A stretch of DNA of 64,000 nt from a virus: IMG/VR virus record IMGVR_UViG_3300012984_000012, positions 32,001 through 96,000 of that record; one strand, given 5' to 3'. Position numbers and translations under genes: made by a program. Under the pieces are notes generated by a model, which had not been told where the DNA came from, did no database searches, and saw only the letters and a list, made by a program, of their open reading frames with translations. Positions within the stretch are counted from its first letter, which is position 1; each line of letters starts with the position of its first letter. This document shows, piece by piece, positions 38,908 to 48,354 of the stretch.

Positions 38908-39897
38908 ATGGCAAGAACGCTCAAAGAACAGTACGAAATCAAGAAGCTTCAACAGCGACTGAGGCCAATCGATCAGAAACTGATGATCGAGCTGAGCATG
39001 TCAGACAACGATATGCTGATCTTTGAGGCATTCAACAAGCAACAGATGAGTGACGCAATCAAGATCGTCAAGCAGCTGAAAGCGATTAACTTCGGTCCCC
39101 TGACGACGCTTTCACAGGCACGGGACGCCGCAGTCAATGACGTGACCAAGGCGCTGGCTGGTAGTAAGGATCAAGGAATCATTCGAAAGATCGTCAACCT
39201 TTTCAAGGGAGGAAAAGAGAACCCTCTCGTCGATGCGTTAGCATTTTGTGACGCGCTCAACAACTTCTTTGGCCAGTTCTCACAGTACGTCACCGCTTTG
39301 GGTAGTGACAAAGCAGACCAACCCCTGTCGACCATCGTCACAGGCAAAGATCCTGAGGAGCTCGCAGACCTTACAGCTGTTAATAGCCTCGGTGGAAAAG
39401 AGAAGGGTAATCTCAGGAACATGCAAAAGGTCATCGTCAACGGTTTGAAGCCGAATGGCGCGATCGGCAAACTTAGTAAAAACTGGATCGACAAATACCT
39501 TAAGGGAAAGAAGGGGCTTCAGACCCTAGCACGGGATCTACTCAAGATGTCACCTAACGACATCAACAAGATCAGCGAGACGGTGACAAGCAATCTAAAA
39601 AACGCAGAAGCGATCGGACAGGCGGCAGCAGGCGCGTCCCAACAAGCGACCGTCGGCTCGAACCCTACCACTGGTAGCAACGCATCAGGAGCATCACAGC
39701 CTGAGCAAGGAAGCGTCAGCAGCAAGCCTGGCTCGACAGCACCTGGAGCTCAGATCCCACCAGGGACATCCAAGGGCGCAGTGGACGTCGACAAGGTCAT
39801 CGCAAGGATCAAGCCGGCGATGGAAGACATGGGTGTCAGGGACGTGAACAAGCTCGTCGCTAGCCTTGATGACCTGGGCGTTCTCAAGAATCCTTGA
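38908..39897 (+). CDS. Hypothetical, probably late protein on the opposite strand
   Basis: ~330 aa; GGAG RBS; TACTTA at 38874-38879. Confidence 0.65.
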   Translation: MARTLKEQYEIKKLQQRLRPIDQKLMIELSMSDNDMLIFEAFNKQQMSDAIKIVKQLKAINFGPLTTLSQARDAAVNDVTKALAGSKDQGIIRKIVNLFKGGKENPLVDALAFCDALNNFFGQFSQYVTALGSDKADQPLSTIVTGKDPEELADLTAVNSLGGKEKGNLRNMQKVIVNGLKPNGAIGKLSKNWIDKYLKGKKGLQTLARDLLKMSPNDINKISETVTSNLKNAEAIGQAAAGASQQATVGSNPTTGSNASGASQPEQGSVSSKPGSTAPGAQIPPGTSKGAVDVDKVIARIKPAMEDMGVRDVNKLVASLDDLGVLKNP

Positions 39898-41134
39898 TGA
39901 CAGCTCCGAGTGACCTGAGTGTTTCGTAACACCTGGTCGCATGTAACTGTGACGCTACGAGCGATGCTGCGAGCATCTTCCTGTCATCAATGACGATCGA
40001 TCCGTAGTCAACTAAGGCCCTGATCGCCCTTAAGGCGTAATCGATCGACTGGGTTGACGTGACGTAATTCTTATCATCAGGCAACCGGATGACCACATGG
40101 TTGGGTGACAACGACTTGATGCGAACGTCGATCAGGTTTGCAACGTCATCGACTTTTTCGTCGAGCCTCTTTTTTCGAAGGAATGCTACGTGTGTTTCTA
40201 CGGCTTGCCGAGATCCGGTGTGAGTAACGACAACTTTCGTCGGATAGACGATCGCCTCGTCGATGTACACGGCATCAGCGAGTCTCGTGTTGCTGATCAA
40301 GTCACCCAAATTGCTCGACACCAGTCGAGCGCCAGTAGCTATGGTGATGTCATTAATGGCATTGATGCCCTGCAAGTCGAACTTGACGATGACCGGAATC
40401 ACTCGTAACGAACCACGGTCGTAGTTAACACGTAACGTGTTCTTCACGTCGTCTGACATGCCCCTGACGAACAACACCAGGGGCTCTTTCGTCTCTGAGG
40501 CTCCCTCAAGCAACTGGTGTATCTCAGAGACCGTTTCAATGAAACCATCGATGCAAACGACGTGGGGCCTCTCGAGCCGTACGCTACACGGCCAGGCAGG
40601 AGCTTGGTCGAAAGCGTATCCCCTGACTAGCTCCACGGACGGGCGAGCCATCGTTTTTTCGACCATGACACGCCCGGCGAATCCCGCCAGGCCCAAAGCA
40701 ACGTTCACGATCGACCTGATCGTGTCCTGAGAGTCTGACATGTAACGTGACAGGACCCAATCGACATCAGCACGGTCAGGAACCTTCACCCCAGACCCAA
40801 GGATGTCGCTAGAATTAAACTCGTGAGCTGCGATTGGGGTTACACCATCTTTATCGTTGAGTTTTTTGAGAAGGAACTCGATGCAAAGGTCAAAACCACC
40901 CGGACCCATGCGCTCGGCAGCATGAGCGTGGTTCATGATTATCTCATGGATCGATTGCTCCAATCTATCAGGGAACCTCATTCCAAACATCGCCTGTAAA
41001 CGAGTGTGAACCAGCACGCCTTTCCCAGACGAGACTAGAACGCTGTCACGTACGTTAGATCGCAACAACTGGATGCTGTTGGTGACGTTGGATATTGCGT
41101 TGTCGACGTCAGATTGTAGGTGAACCTGAGACAC
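39884..41134 (-). CDS. Divergent GroEL/Cpn60-like protein
   Basis: Apical-domain-like VRGYAF, IDGFIETVSEIHQLLE...PLVLFVRG, NDITIATGA; GDGTTT absent. Confidence 0.7.
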   Translation of the reverse strand: MSQVHLQSDVDNAISNVTNSIQLLRSNVRDSVLVSSGKGVLVHTRLQAMFGMRFPDRLEQSIHEIIMNHAHAAERMGPGGFDLCIEFLLKKLNDKDGVTPIAAHEFNSSDILGSGVKVPDRADVDWVLSRYMSDSQDTIRSIVNVALGLAGFAGRVMVEKTMARPSVELVRGYAFDQAPAWPCSVRLERPHVVCIDGFIETVSEIHQLLEGASETKEPLVLFVRGMSDDVKNTLRVNYDRGSLRVIPVIVKFDLQGINAINDITIATGARLVSSNLGDLISNTRLADAVYIDEAIVYPTKVVVTHTGSRQAVETHVAFLRKKRLDEKVDDVANLIDVRIKSLSPNHVVIRLPDDKNYVTSTQSIDYALRAIRALVDYGSIVIDDRKMLAASLVASQLHATRCYETLRSLGAVIKDS

Positions 41135-41165
41135 GTTTCATTGTAACCAGCACGAACAGCAAGGT

Positions 41166-41705
41166 TCAATTGATGGTAACGTGGCCATGAATGAAATCGT
41201 ACAGGAGCTTTCCGATGCCAGCCAACAACCCGGTGCCCAGCGAGACGGCGAGCCACTTAGCAGCTGCTGCTACGCGGGCCTTAAAAGCGACCAGGTCCTT
41301 GAGCTGATCAGCGTGATCTTTCACCATCTTGTTGTGGTCTTCCAACATCTTGGCTTCTTTTTCGACGTGTCTCTCTTCGGACTCGTGCCATGCCTGGAGC
41401 TCTGTGACGTCGTTGTTTAGCTTTTCGATGCTGGCTGCGTTGGCCTTGACGTGCTCGATGTCCTTGACCCTTGCGAACAATCCATCGTCTGGGTGATACA
41501 CGGCCTCATGGATCGAATCGACCTTCGCTTCGATCTTTTCGACCTTTTCGATCATGGTGTCAAAGCCACCGTTAAGGACCTTTGATGACATCACCTTCTG
41601 TGACAAACAGTTCAACAGATCCAACACTTGTGACTCTGAAGCGATGTCGAGAGTCTTTCTCTCAGTTTCACTCATGAAAGATTTGCCTGATTTATTTCTT
41701 GCCAT
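41166..41705 (-). CDS. Coiled-coil protein with C-terminal transmembrane segment
   Basis: Heptad-rich body; WLAVSLGTGLLAGIGKLLY. Confidence 0.55.
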   Translation of the reverse strand: MARNKSGKSFMSETERKTLDIASESQVLDLLNCLSQKVMSSKVLNGGFDTMIEKVEKIEAKVDSIHEAVYHPDDGLFARVKDIEHVKANAASIEKLNNDVTELQAWHESEERHVEKEAKMLEDHNKMVKDHADQLKDLVAFKARVAAAAKWLAVSLGTGLLAGIGKLLYDFIHGHVTIN

Positions 41706-41731
41706 CAGTTGAACATCCCGCGCGACGCATT

Positions 41732-41813
41732 GATCTTAGGGCTAGTAAATTAGGATCACGAAAGAAAGAAATGAGAGATCAGGATCTGATCTAGATCTAG
41801 ATCCTCATTGATC
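41732..41813. repeat. GATC-dense palindromic intergenic region at the strand switch
   Basis: Eight GATC in ~82 bp; AGATCAG-GAT-CTGATCT and TCTAGATCTAGA palindromes. Confidence 0.7.
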
Positions 41814-41855
41814 CTTAAGTACTAACGTCGAGCACGCTCGTGAGAAAACTTATAG

Positions 41856-41883
41856 TGAACAGTTCCCCTTCAGGGGCTAGAAT
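41856..41883 (+). promoter_or_regulatory. Sigma70-like promoter TGAACA-N16-TAGAAT for the glycosylation cluster
   Basis: Immediately upstream of the GAGG RBS and GTG 41902. Confidence 0.55.
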
Positions 41884-41901
41884 CTCCTCGAGGTGATCTG
41901 A

Positions 41902-43920
41902 GTGTTCGATTTCAACAGCAACGTTTTTGGCGGGAAACCCGCCTTGCAGATTCCAGCCTCTGCGAAGGTCGTTTTCGTTTCTGACATGTTTGCAGATGAG
42001 TATGCTGGAGGAGCTGAGCTCACGAGCCAAGCTCTCATCGATTCCAGCCCGTTTGAGGTCTTCAAGCTGCACTCTAGGGACGTCAGCCTTTCCCTGTTGC
42101 AGCAAGGCGTCGACAAGTTCTGGATCTTTGGCAACTTCACTCAGATGAACGCTCAGCTAATCCCCAGCATCGTCGGCAACGTTCGATACTCGATCCTAGA
42201 GTACGACTACAAGTACTGCAAGGCTCGATCACCTGAGAAACACTTCGACCTTGAACATACTGCATGTGACTGTCACAACCAGATGAACGGAAAGATCATT
42301 TCCGCGTTCTTCTACGGTTCGATGCACATCTGGTGGATGTCAGAGAAGCAACGTGACAGATACATCACGTTGTTCCCATTTTTGGCCGAACGTGACAACA
42401 CCGTGTTGTCCAGCGTCTTCGATGACACAACGCTAGCGTTCATCAAATCGCTTCGAAGCAAGCAATCAGACCAAGAGCGAAAGGGGTGGATCGTCTTAGG
42501 CAGCAACTCTTGGATCAAAGGCGCTGATGCTGCGAAACATTGGTGTGACGAGAACGGCAAGGAGTGTGAGGTCGTCTGGAACGTCCCGTACAACCAGCTG
42601 CTCGAGAAGCTCTCGAAAGCAGAGGGTTTTGTTTACCTGCCTCTCGGTGGCGACACCTGTCCGCGAATGGTCATCGAGGCTAAGCTGCTCGGGTGCAAGC
42701 TACACCTCAACGATTTTGTCCAACACAAGAACGAGGAATGGTTCACCACGGATAATCCCCAGGAGATCGAAGAGTACTTGTACACGGCTCGCAAGACTTT
42801 CTGGTCTGGCATCACTGCTGCAATGAATTACAAGGCGACGATCAGCGGTTACACGACGACGTTCAACTGCGTCAAGCAACAGTACCCGTTCGAACAGTGC
42901 ATCCAATCGATGCTGCAGTTCTGTGATGAGGTTTGTGTCGTCGATGGCGGTTCGAGCGATGAAACGTTACACAGGCTCGCTGCGTTAGCGTACCCTAGTC
43001 TCTCGTTTGCTCAAAAGGTAGACTTTGAAGTGTTGTCTCCTTCATGGGCATCGCTCGGAAACTATGAATTTCCTGATGAGCACCAAGGAATCAAAAAGGA
43101 CCCTAGGATCAGGGTCAAAGTTGTTCTACGCGACTGGAACCATCCAAGGTTCGCGGTTTTTGACGGGCAACAGAAAGCTGAGGCTCGTGCCATGTGTACG
43201 AAGGATTTCTGTTGGCAGATGGATTCCGATGAGGTCGTCCATGAAGATGACGCTGTTCGCATCCCAGAACTCTGTCGCTCGATGCCACAAGGTGCCGACG
43301 TCCTATCGTTGCCTGTCATCGAGTTCTGGGGTGGTCCCGACAAGGTCCGGCTTGACACCCAACCATGGAAATGGAGGTTGAGTCGTAACAAGCCGAACAT
43401 CACACATGGCATTCCTGGCGAGCTTCGTCGGACAGACGAAAACGGCGACCTTTATGCTACCGAAGGCACCGACGGTTGTGACATGATCGACAGGGAGACC
43501 CTCGAGAGGTTGCCTCACATCTCTTTTTACACCCAGGACGTCGAGAACGCCCGTCGAGTGGCGATGTTGGGTAACCCGCAGGCGAAGAAAGAGTACGAAC
43601 AGTGGTTCAACGCCGTCGCGAACGGCCTACCGGGAGTGTTTCACTACAGTTGGTATGACCTTCCTCGTAAGATCAGATTGTACCGAGACTACTGGACGAA
43701 GCACTGGAACTCGCTTTACGGCAAGAGTCTTGAAGACACTGCTGAGAACAACATGATGTTTGACGTGCCTTGGTCGCAGGTCACAGAAGAGATGATCGAA
43801 GAACGTGCCAAGCTGATGAAGGCCAAGCTGGGCGGATGGATCTGGCATCGCAAGTGGGACGGAGTCACCACGACCGATCACGTCACTGTCGCCAAGACGC
43901 AACCGAAGATCATGCTATGA
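41902..43920 (+). CDS. Two-domain glycosyltransferase (GT-B-like + GT-A/GT2)
   Basis: DTCPRMVIEAKLLG (GT-B); VVDGGSSDET and QMDSDE DxD (GT-A). Confidence 0.8.
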   Translation: MFDFNSNVFGGKPALQIPASAKVVFVSDMFADEYAGGAELTSQALIDSSPFEVFKLHSRDVSLSLLQQGVDKFWIFGNFTQMNAQLIPSIVGNVRYSILEYDYKYCKARSPEKHFDLEHTACDCHNQMNGKIISAFFYGSMHIWWMSEKQRDRYITLFPFLAERDNTVLSSVFDDTTLAFIKSLRSKQSDQERKGWIVLGSNSWIKGADAAKHWCDENGKECEVVWNVPYNQLLEKLSKAEGFVYLPLGGDTCPRMVIEAKLLGCKLHLNDFVQHKNEEWFTTDNPQEIEEYLYTARKTFWSGITAAMNYKATISGYTTTFNCVKQQYPFEQCIQSMLQFCDEVCVVDGGSSDETLHRLAALAYPSLSFAQKVDFEVLSPSWASLGNYEFPDEHQGIKKDPRIRVKVVLRDWNHPRFAVFDGQQKAEARAMCTKDFCWQMDSDEVVHEDDAVRIPELCRSMPQGADVLSLPVIEFWGGPDKVRLDTQPWKWRLSRNKPNITHGIPGELRRTDENGDLYATEGTDGCDMIDRETLERLPHISFYTQDVENARRVAMLGNPQAKKEYEQWFNAVANGLPGVFHYSWYDLPRKIRLYRDYWTKHWNSLYGKSLEDTAENNMMFDVPWSQVTEEMIEERAKLMKAKLGGWIWHRKWDGVTTTDHVTVAKTQPKIML

Positions 43921-44144
43921 GTCGTATCAAGCTGGTCAGTGACCTGTTGTCAGACGGCGTGACTCGCACTGCCTCTGATGTCTTTTATGCGTTATACTCT
44001 GAGTTTCAAGGAAGGTCATCAAAGATGACGCTCGCGTCGCTGTCTGGCACTCTCAAGCAGATGACAGACTGTGGTTACGTTGAAAGAGTTGAGAACTTTG
44101 GCCCTCGCGGAGGTTATGGTTACTATCGCACGAGGAACACATGA
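43917..44144 (+). CDS. Small winged-helix-like protein
   Basis: ATGA-coupled start; SLSGTLKQMTDCGYVERV...GYGYY. Confidence 0.5.
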   Translation: MSRIKLVSDLLSDGVTRTASDVFYALYSEFQGRSSKMTLASLSGTLKQMTDCGYVERVENFGPRGGYGYYRTRNT

Positions 44145-44869
44145 AGCAAGTTCACATCAAACAAAAGCTCGAGGAAATGGGCGTCGCCGTTGACGGCATC
44201 GTCATGGGTGATTTCGATCAGATCGGTGAGTTCACTGCCAAGCGTGACCGAAAACCTGACGATCCGAACTACAAGAAGTACGGCGCCTTCTACCGAGCCA
44301 ACTACGAGCGCGGCATCCTGATTTACCACCTCATCCGCCAGTACAACCTGACCTCGATGCTTGAGATCGGGTTTGGTCGTGGATATGCTACGTTTTGTGC
44401 AGCTCGAGCGTTTCACGATGCCGGCGTGGTTGGCAAGATCGTCACCATCGACCCATCGCTAGACGAGAATTACATCAGGGCGTTACAGAGCGTGTTACCT
44501 AACGACTGGTTCACGTACGTCACCTTCATGAAAGGTCGCTCACAAGAGGTCTTGCAAAAGGTCGAAGGTCAGTTCGATCTCGTGTACATCGACGGCGACC
44601 ATTCTTACGCTGCCACAAAGGCTGACTGGGAACTCACCAAAGACAAGTACAACAAGTTCCTCCTGTTTGACGACTATCACCTTCCCTCGAAAGAGGATAA
44701 GGGAACGATCCAGTGCAGCGTCGCCATCGACGAAGTCGATGACCCAAGCAAGGAACTGATCATCATGGATCGACGATTGTTTCTCGATGATCGTCAGTTC
44801 ACTGACGACAAGATCAATTACGGTCAGGTCCTGCTCTCAAAACCAGGTGTCGAACGTGACGACTGGTGA
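44141..44869 (+). CDS. Class I SAM methyltransferase (Methyltransf_24-like)
   Basis: LEIGFGRG, FDLVYIDGDHSY, FDDY. Confidence 0.85.
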   Translation: MKQVHIKQKLEEMGVAVDGIVMGDFDQIGEFTAKRDRKPDDPNYKKYGAFYRANYERGILIYHLIRQYNLTSMLEIGFGRGYATFCAARAFHDAGVVGKIVTIDPSLDENYIRALQSVLPNDWFTYVTFMKGRSQEVLQKVEGQFDLVYIDGDHSYAATKADWELTKDKYNKFLLFDDYHLPSKEDKGTIQCSVAIDEVDDPSKELIIMDRRLFLDDRQFTDDKINYGQVLLSKPGVERDDW

Positions 44870-45242
44870 ACCAGAGAATCGAGCGTGCTTTCGACCGCCT
44901 GTCGGTTGGTACTGCACGCGAAAACCTGATCACGAGGGTCCCTGTGCTGCGCATCCTGATCCACGAGTGACCGCAGCAAAGGACGTGTGCATCAGTTGTG
45001 AAACATACACGGAATACACGAACGTGTTTGGGCTTTACAAGGAACAGCTCGAAGCGATAAAAACCTGGCAAAAGAGTCACGACGTCGAAAAACACATGGA
45101 ACCAGGTCAGACACGTAGGTACTCTGGAGCGATAGGTGGAGCATACACGTATGAGTTCACCAGAACCAGCATAGGAACGTGTGTACACGTCCGTTGTGTT
45201 TGTGGAGAAGGCATTGATGTCTCAGACTACGACAACTGGTGA
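44856..45242 (+). CDS. Cys-rich hypothetical protein
   Basis: WYCTRKPDHEGPCA and GAIGGAYTYEFTRTSIG; start (GTG 44856) uncertain. Confidence 0.5.
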   Translation: MTTGEPENRACFRPPVGWYCTRKPDHEGPCAAHPDPRVTAAKDVCISCETYTEYTNVFGLYKEQLEAIKTWQKSHDVEKHMEPGQTRRYSGAIGGAYTYEFTRTSIGTCVHVRCVCGEGIDVSDYDNW

Positions 45243-45393
45243 CCAAAAAGTCACAGTCGAAACAAAACAAGAACCCATCTCATCGATCTGCGACGCTTGG
45301 TTTCTTAAAAACGGTGACTTACATCTGTTAGTCAAGTGCTCAGATGGTGCCGTCCGTTCTGCCATACTCACGCTCAAGATGGGAACGCCATGA
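45217..45393 (+). CDS. Small hypothetical protein
   Basis: GGAG RBS; ATGA overlap with the next gene. Confidence 0.4.
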   Translation: MSQTTTTGDQKVTVETKQEPISSICDAWFLKNGDLHLLVKCSDGAVRSAILTLKMGTP

Positions 45394-46145
45394 ATAACCG
45401 ATTCGTGTTTGTCGCGCCCATGTTCAACGCCTCGGCCTACGTGGGCCAGATGTTGGCGTCAATCGTGGGCCAGTCATACGATGACTGGCGAGTCATTCTG
45501 ATCGATGATGTCTCATCACCAGAGGAACAGATTACGAGCAACAGGATCATCTTCACGTATCAGGAGCTGCTCGGTCGCATGGGAAAGGATCCCTCTCGGC
45601 TGCAGGTCATCTGGAACGGTGACAACCCAGAGCGTGGAAAGCAATGGGAGGTCTCGAACGTCCTTCATGGCATCAAGATGTGTGATGACAACGACGTCGT
45701 CTGTCGCATCGATGCGGACGATTGGTTGACTGACCTAGACTGTCTCAGCTTTCTCAATCACGTTTACAATCAAACAGGGGCTGAGGCCCTGTGGACGGCT
45801 CACCGTTGGGCATTCACTGACAAGAACATCAGCGGTCCAATACCTTATGGCGCTGACGTGTACACCTACCCGTGGGTCTCTAGTCACCTCAAGACGTTTC
45901 GCAAGAGGCTCATCAACAACGTTAACGACGAGAATTTCAGGGGTGAGGATGGTAACTACGTCCGCCGCGCGGGCGACCAAGCCGTGTACTTGCCCGTCCT
46001 TCACAACACACAAAAGCGGGGATACGTGCCACGATGCATGTACCACTACACCATCAAAGACGAACCTGCAACGTACCAGACGCCCGACGCAATCTTCCAG
46101 CGCGATGAGGCACTCTTCTTACGTGCGAGAGGTTACGTCAAATAG
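45390..46145 (+). CDS. Glycosyltransferase family 2
   Basis: VAPMFNA, ILIDDVS, RIDADDW. Confidence 0.88.
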   Translation: MNNRFVFVAPMFNASAYVGQMLASIVGQSYDDWRVILIDDVSSPEEQITSNRIIFTYQELLGRMGKDPSRLQVIWNGDNPERGKQWEVSNVLHGIKMCDDNDVVCRIDADDWLTDLDCLSFLNHVYNQTGAEALWTAHRWAFTDKNISGPIPYGADVYTYPWVSSHLKTFRKRLINNVNDENFRGEDGNYVRRAGDQAVYLPVLHNTQKRGYVPRCMYHYTIKDEPATYQTPDAIFQRDEALFLRARGYVK

Positions 46146-46154
46146 CGAGGAACC

Positions 46155-46424
46155 ATGAAAAAATCTGCACGAATTACACAAACACAAGTCTTCTTGACGA
46201 AGAGCGGCCAACTGCAACTGAGCGTTCTCCTGAACCAAGGCGTTGACTATGTCATCAAGGAAGGCGCTGTCACGTTCAAGTTTGCCTTGAGCAAGGACGA
46301 TCAGATCAACATCAATACGTTCAAGAATGAGCGGATGGTGCAACACTTGATCCGTCTCGGTCGTTTCTACAAACCAAACGAAGAGATCAAATATGAAACG
46401 CTTCTATCTTCAAAGAAACACTGA
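46155..46424 (+). CDS. Hypothetical protein
   Basis: GAGG RBS; 89 aa. Confidence 0.5.
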   Translation: MKKSARITQTQVFLTKSGQLQLSVLLNQGVDYVIKEGAVTFKFALSKDDQININTFKNERMVQHLIRLGRFYKPNEEIKYETLLSSKKH

Positions 46425-46692
46425 CGCTTCTGGCGTTTCAGGTTGCGGCAAGGTCGCCGAAGGGTGTCAGTTCGACACCGGGTGGTGCGCGCTCGTCTGG
46501 CTCACCGGGAAGGCAGCGATGAGCTACTATCCTGACATCGAGACGCTCGACAACATCCATGGTCACCAGGGAATGACACAGATCGTGTGGATCGATGACG
46601 AATCATCGAACTTCGTTGTCAAGACGGTCACAGAATCGTCCGAAAAGACGCCAGCAAAAACCCAGCGCACGAAGTGTTTTCCCGGTCATTGA
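46393..46692 (+). CDS. Phage hypothetical protein
   Basis: FYLQRNTDASGVSGCGKVAEG...HGHQG. Confidence 0.6.
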   Translation: MKRFYLQRNTDASGVSGCGKVAEGCQFDTGWCALVWLTGKAAMSYYPDIETLDNIHGHQGMTQIVWIDDESSNFVVKTVTESSEKTPAKTQRTKCFPGH

Positions 46693-46709
46693 TGTGGTAA
46701 CATGCTAGC

Positions 46710-47633
46710 ATGAAGCTCTACATCAATCGTTCGCAGATCCACGGGCCTTGGGGTGGAGGCGCCCACTTCATCAACGCTTTCCATCATTTCGTTCCGGAAC
46801 TGGGTCACGAATTGGTCTCGTCAGAGTCAATGAAGGACGTGCCAGCAGCGATCCTGCTCGCTGGCCTGGACGCTGACAACGACGGTGGAATCTCTGTCGA
46901 ACAAGCAGTGATGTACAAGCTGTACCAGCCCGACGTCAAGCTGGTGTTGCGCGTCAACGAAAACGATGCTCGTAAGGGAACTCGACACGTTGACAACTTC
47001 CTGTTGAAACTCGCTCCTCACATTGACGTGACCGTCTTCGTTTCTGAGTGGTTGCGCGATTACTTCATGGAGAAGGGATGGTCGTGCCCGACGAACGCTG
47101 TCATCGTCAACGGCGTCAGGAAGGACGTCTTCCAACCACAACCTAAGCTCGACAACGGAAAGCTCAACATCGTTGCCCATCACTGGTCGAACAACGAGTT
47201 GAAAGGGTTCGATATCTACGAAAAGATCGACGCGCTCGTCGGAAAACACTCGGACCAGCTAGCCTTCACGTACATCGGTCGCGAGCGACAGACGTTCAAG
47301 AACACCAAGGTCATCAGACCCCTGGCGGGCAAGTCATTGGGCGAAGAGCTGGGAAAGCATGACGTGTACGTGTCAGCGAGCCGGTTCGATCCGGGTCCCA
47401 ACCACGTCATTGAAGCCATCGCGTGTGGGCTGCCCACGTACGTCCATGCAGACGGGGGTGGTTGCGTTGAGTTTGCTGGCTCGGATCACGTGTACCAAGA
47501 CTGGGACGAGTTGGAGCTATTGCTCCTTTCCGGGTTCGTTACCTCTAACGGAACGCAATTTCCCGAGTGGAAGGCATGCATCGAGGAGTATATTCGTCTC
47601 CTAGAAGCATCATGCCAGAGAGAAAACAAGTAA
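46710..47633 (+). CDS. Glycosyltransferase, GT-B/GT4-like
   Basis: GPWGGG; SRFDPGPNHVIEAIACGLP. Confidence 0.85.
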   Translation: MKLYINRSQIHGPWGGGAHFINAFHHFVPELGHELVSSESMKDVPAAILLAGLDADNDGGISVEQAVMYKLYQPDVKLVLRVNENDARKGTRHVDNFLLKLAPHIDVTVFVSEWLRDYFMEKGWSCPTNAVIVNGVRKDVFQPQPKLDNGKLNIVAHHWSNNELKGFDIYEKIDALVGKHSDQLAFTYIGRERQTFKNTKVIRPLAGKSLGEELGKHDVYVSASRFDPGPNHVIEAIACGLPTYVHADGGGCVEFAGSDHVYQDWDELELLLLSGFVTSNGTQFPEWKACIEEYIRLLEASCQRENK

Positions 47634-47995
47634 GGTTCTACGCTCTCCTAGAAGAGAGCCTCAACAAGTCAATCGGCAAGTTCTGCAATGAAGCCCTGAC
47701 CCCGGGCCTCATGCGTCAGATCCGTGAGGAGATCAAGGGTCAGATCACGAGGCTCTTCGAGGCGAGCAGTCACAAGCTGTCGTTTAACGCTCAGACCTGG
47801 CTGACTGACCAGTACTTCAAGAACATCAAGGTCAATGACGATCAATCAATGTCTGATCTTGTCGTCATCAATGAGTACACCCTTACTGAGCTGGAGTTTG
47901 ATGATATCAAGCTGCTCCATGACCTTTTCTTGGACACGAAGATGGGACCGGGCTTGGTCACAGAGCTCAAGCGAAGGAACTCATTGTTGTCATGA
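47612..47995 (+). CDS. Hypothetical protein (paralog of the next gene)
   Basis: Aligns by eye with 47992-48354. Confidence 0.6.
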   Translation: MPERKQVRFYALLEESLNKSIGKFCNEALTPGLMRQIREEIKGQITRLFEASSHKLSFNAQTWLTDQYFKNIKVNDDQSMSDLVVINEYTLTELEFDDIKLLHDLFLDTKMGPGLVTELKRRNSLLS

Positions 47996-48354
47996 AAGTC
48001 TCAAACTTCAACGAAACGATCACAAAACTGCTGTCTGAACGTCTGAAAAAGTACAAGGACAAGAACCTTGATCTGGTTGTTTGTGTCGAGATCTATCAAA
48101 CGGTCTTCGATAGTCTTGTCGAGATCTTTGAGACGGCGAAGACCGGCCTGACCAACGAGGCCATGAACTACCTAGCCCAGCAGTACTACGATGCGATCCT
48201 CATCAATGGAAAAGAGGAGCTCGATCCCAACATTTTCACCCAACGTGCCAAGATGGAGCTCATTGAGACGAAGGAGCTCGCCTTGCTCGCCGTGATGCTG
48301 TCCGGCACTGACTTCGCGATACCGCTGATCCAAGAAGTGAAAAAGCGTGGCTGA
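47992..48354 (+). CDS. Hypothetical protein (paralog of the previous gene)
   Basis: ATGA-coupled; 120 aa. Confidence 0.6.
   Translation: MKVSNFNETITKLLSERLKKYKDKNLDLVVCVEIYQTVFDSLVEIFETAKTGLTNEAMNYLAQQYYDAILINGKEELDPNIFTQRAKMELIETKELALLAVMLSGTDFAIPLIQEVKKRG

Noticed and set aside
41166-41705. Holin call for the TM-containing protein
   Set aside because: There is no adjacent endolysin or spanin, and a single C-terminal TM segment is insufficient evidence.
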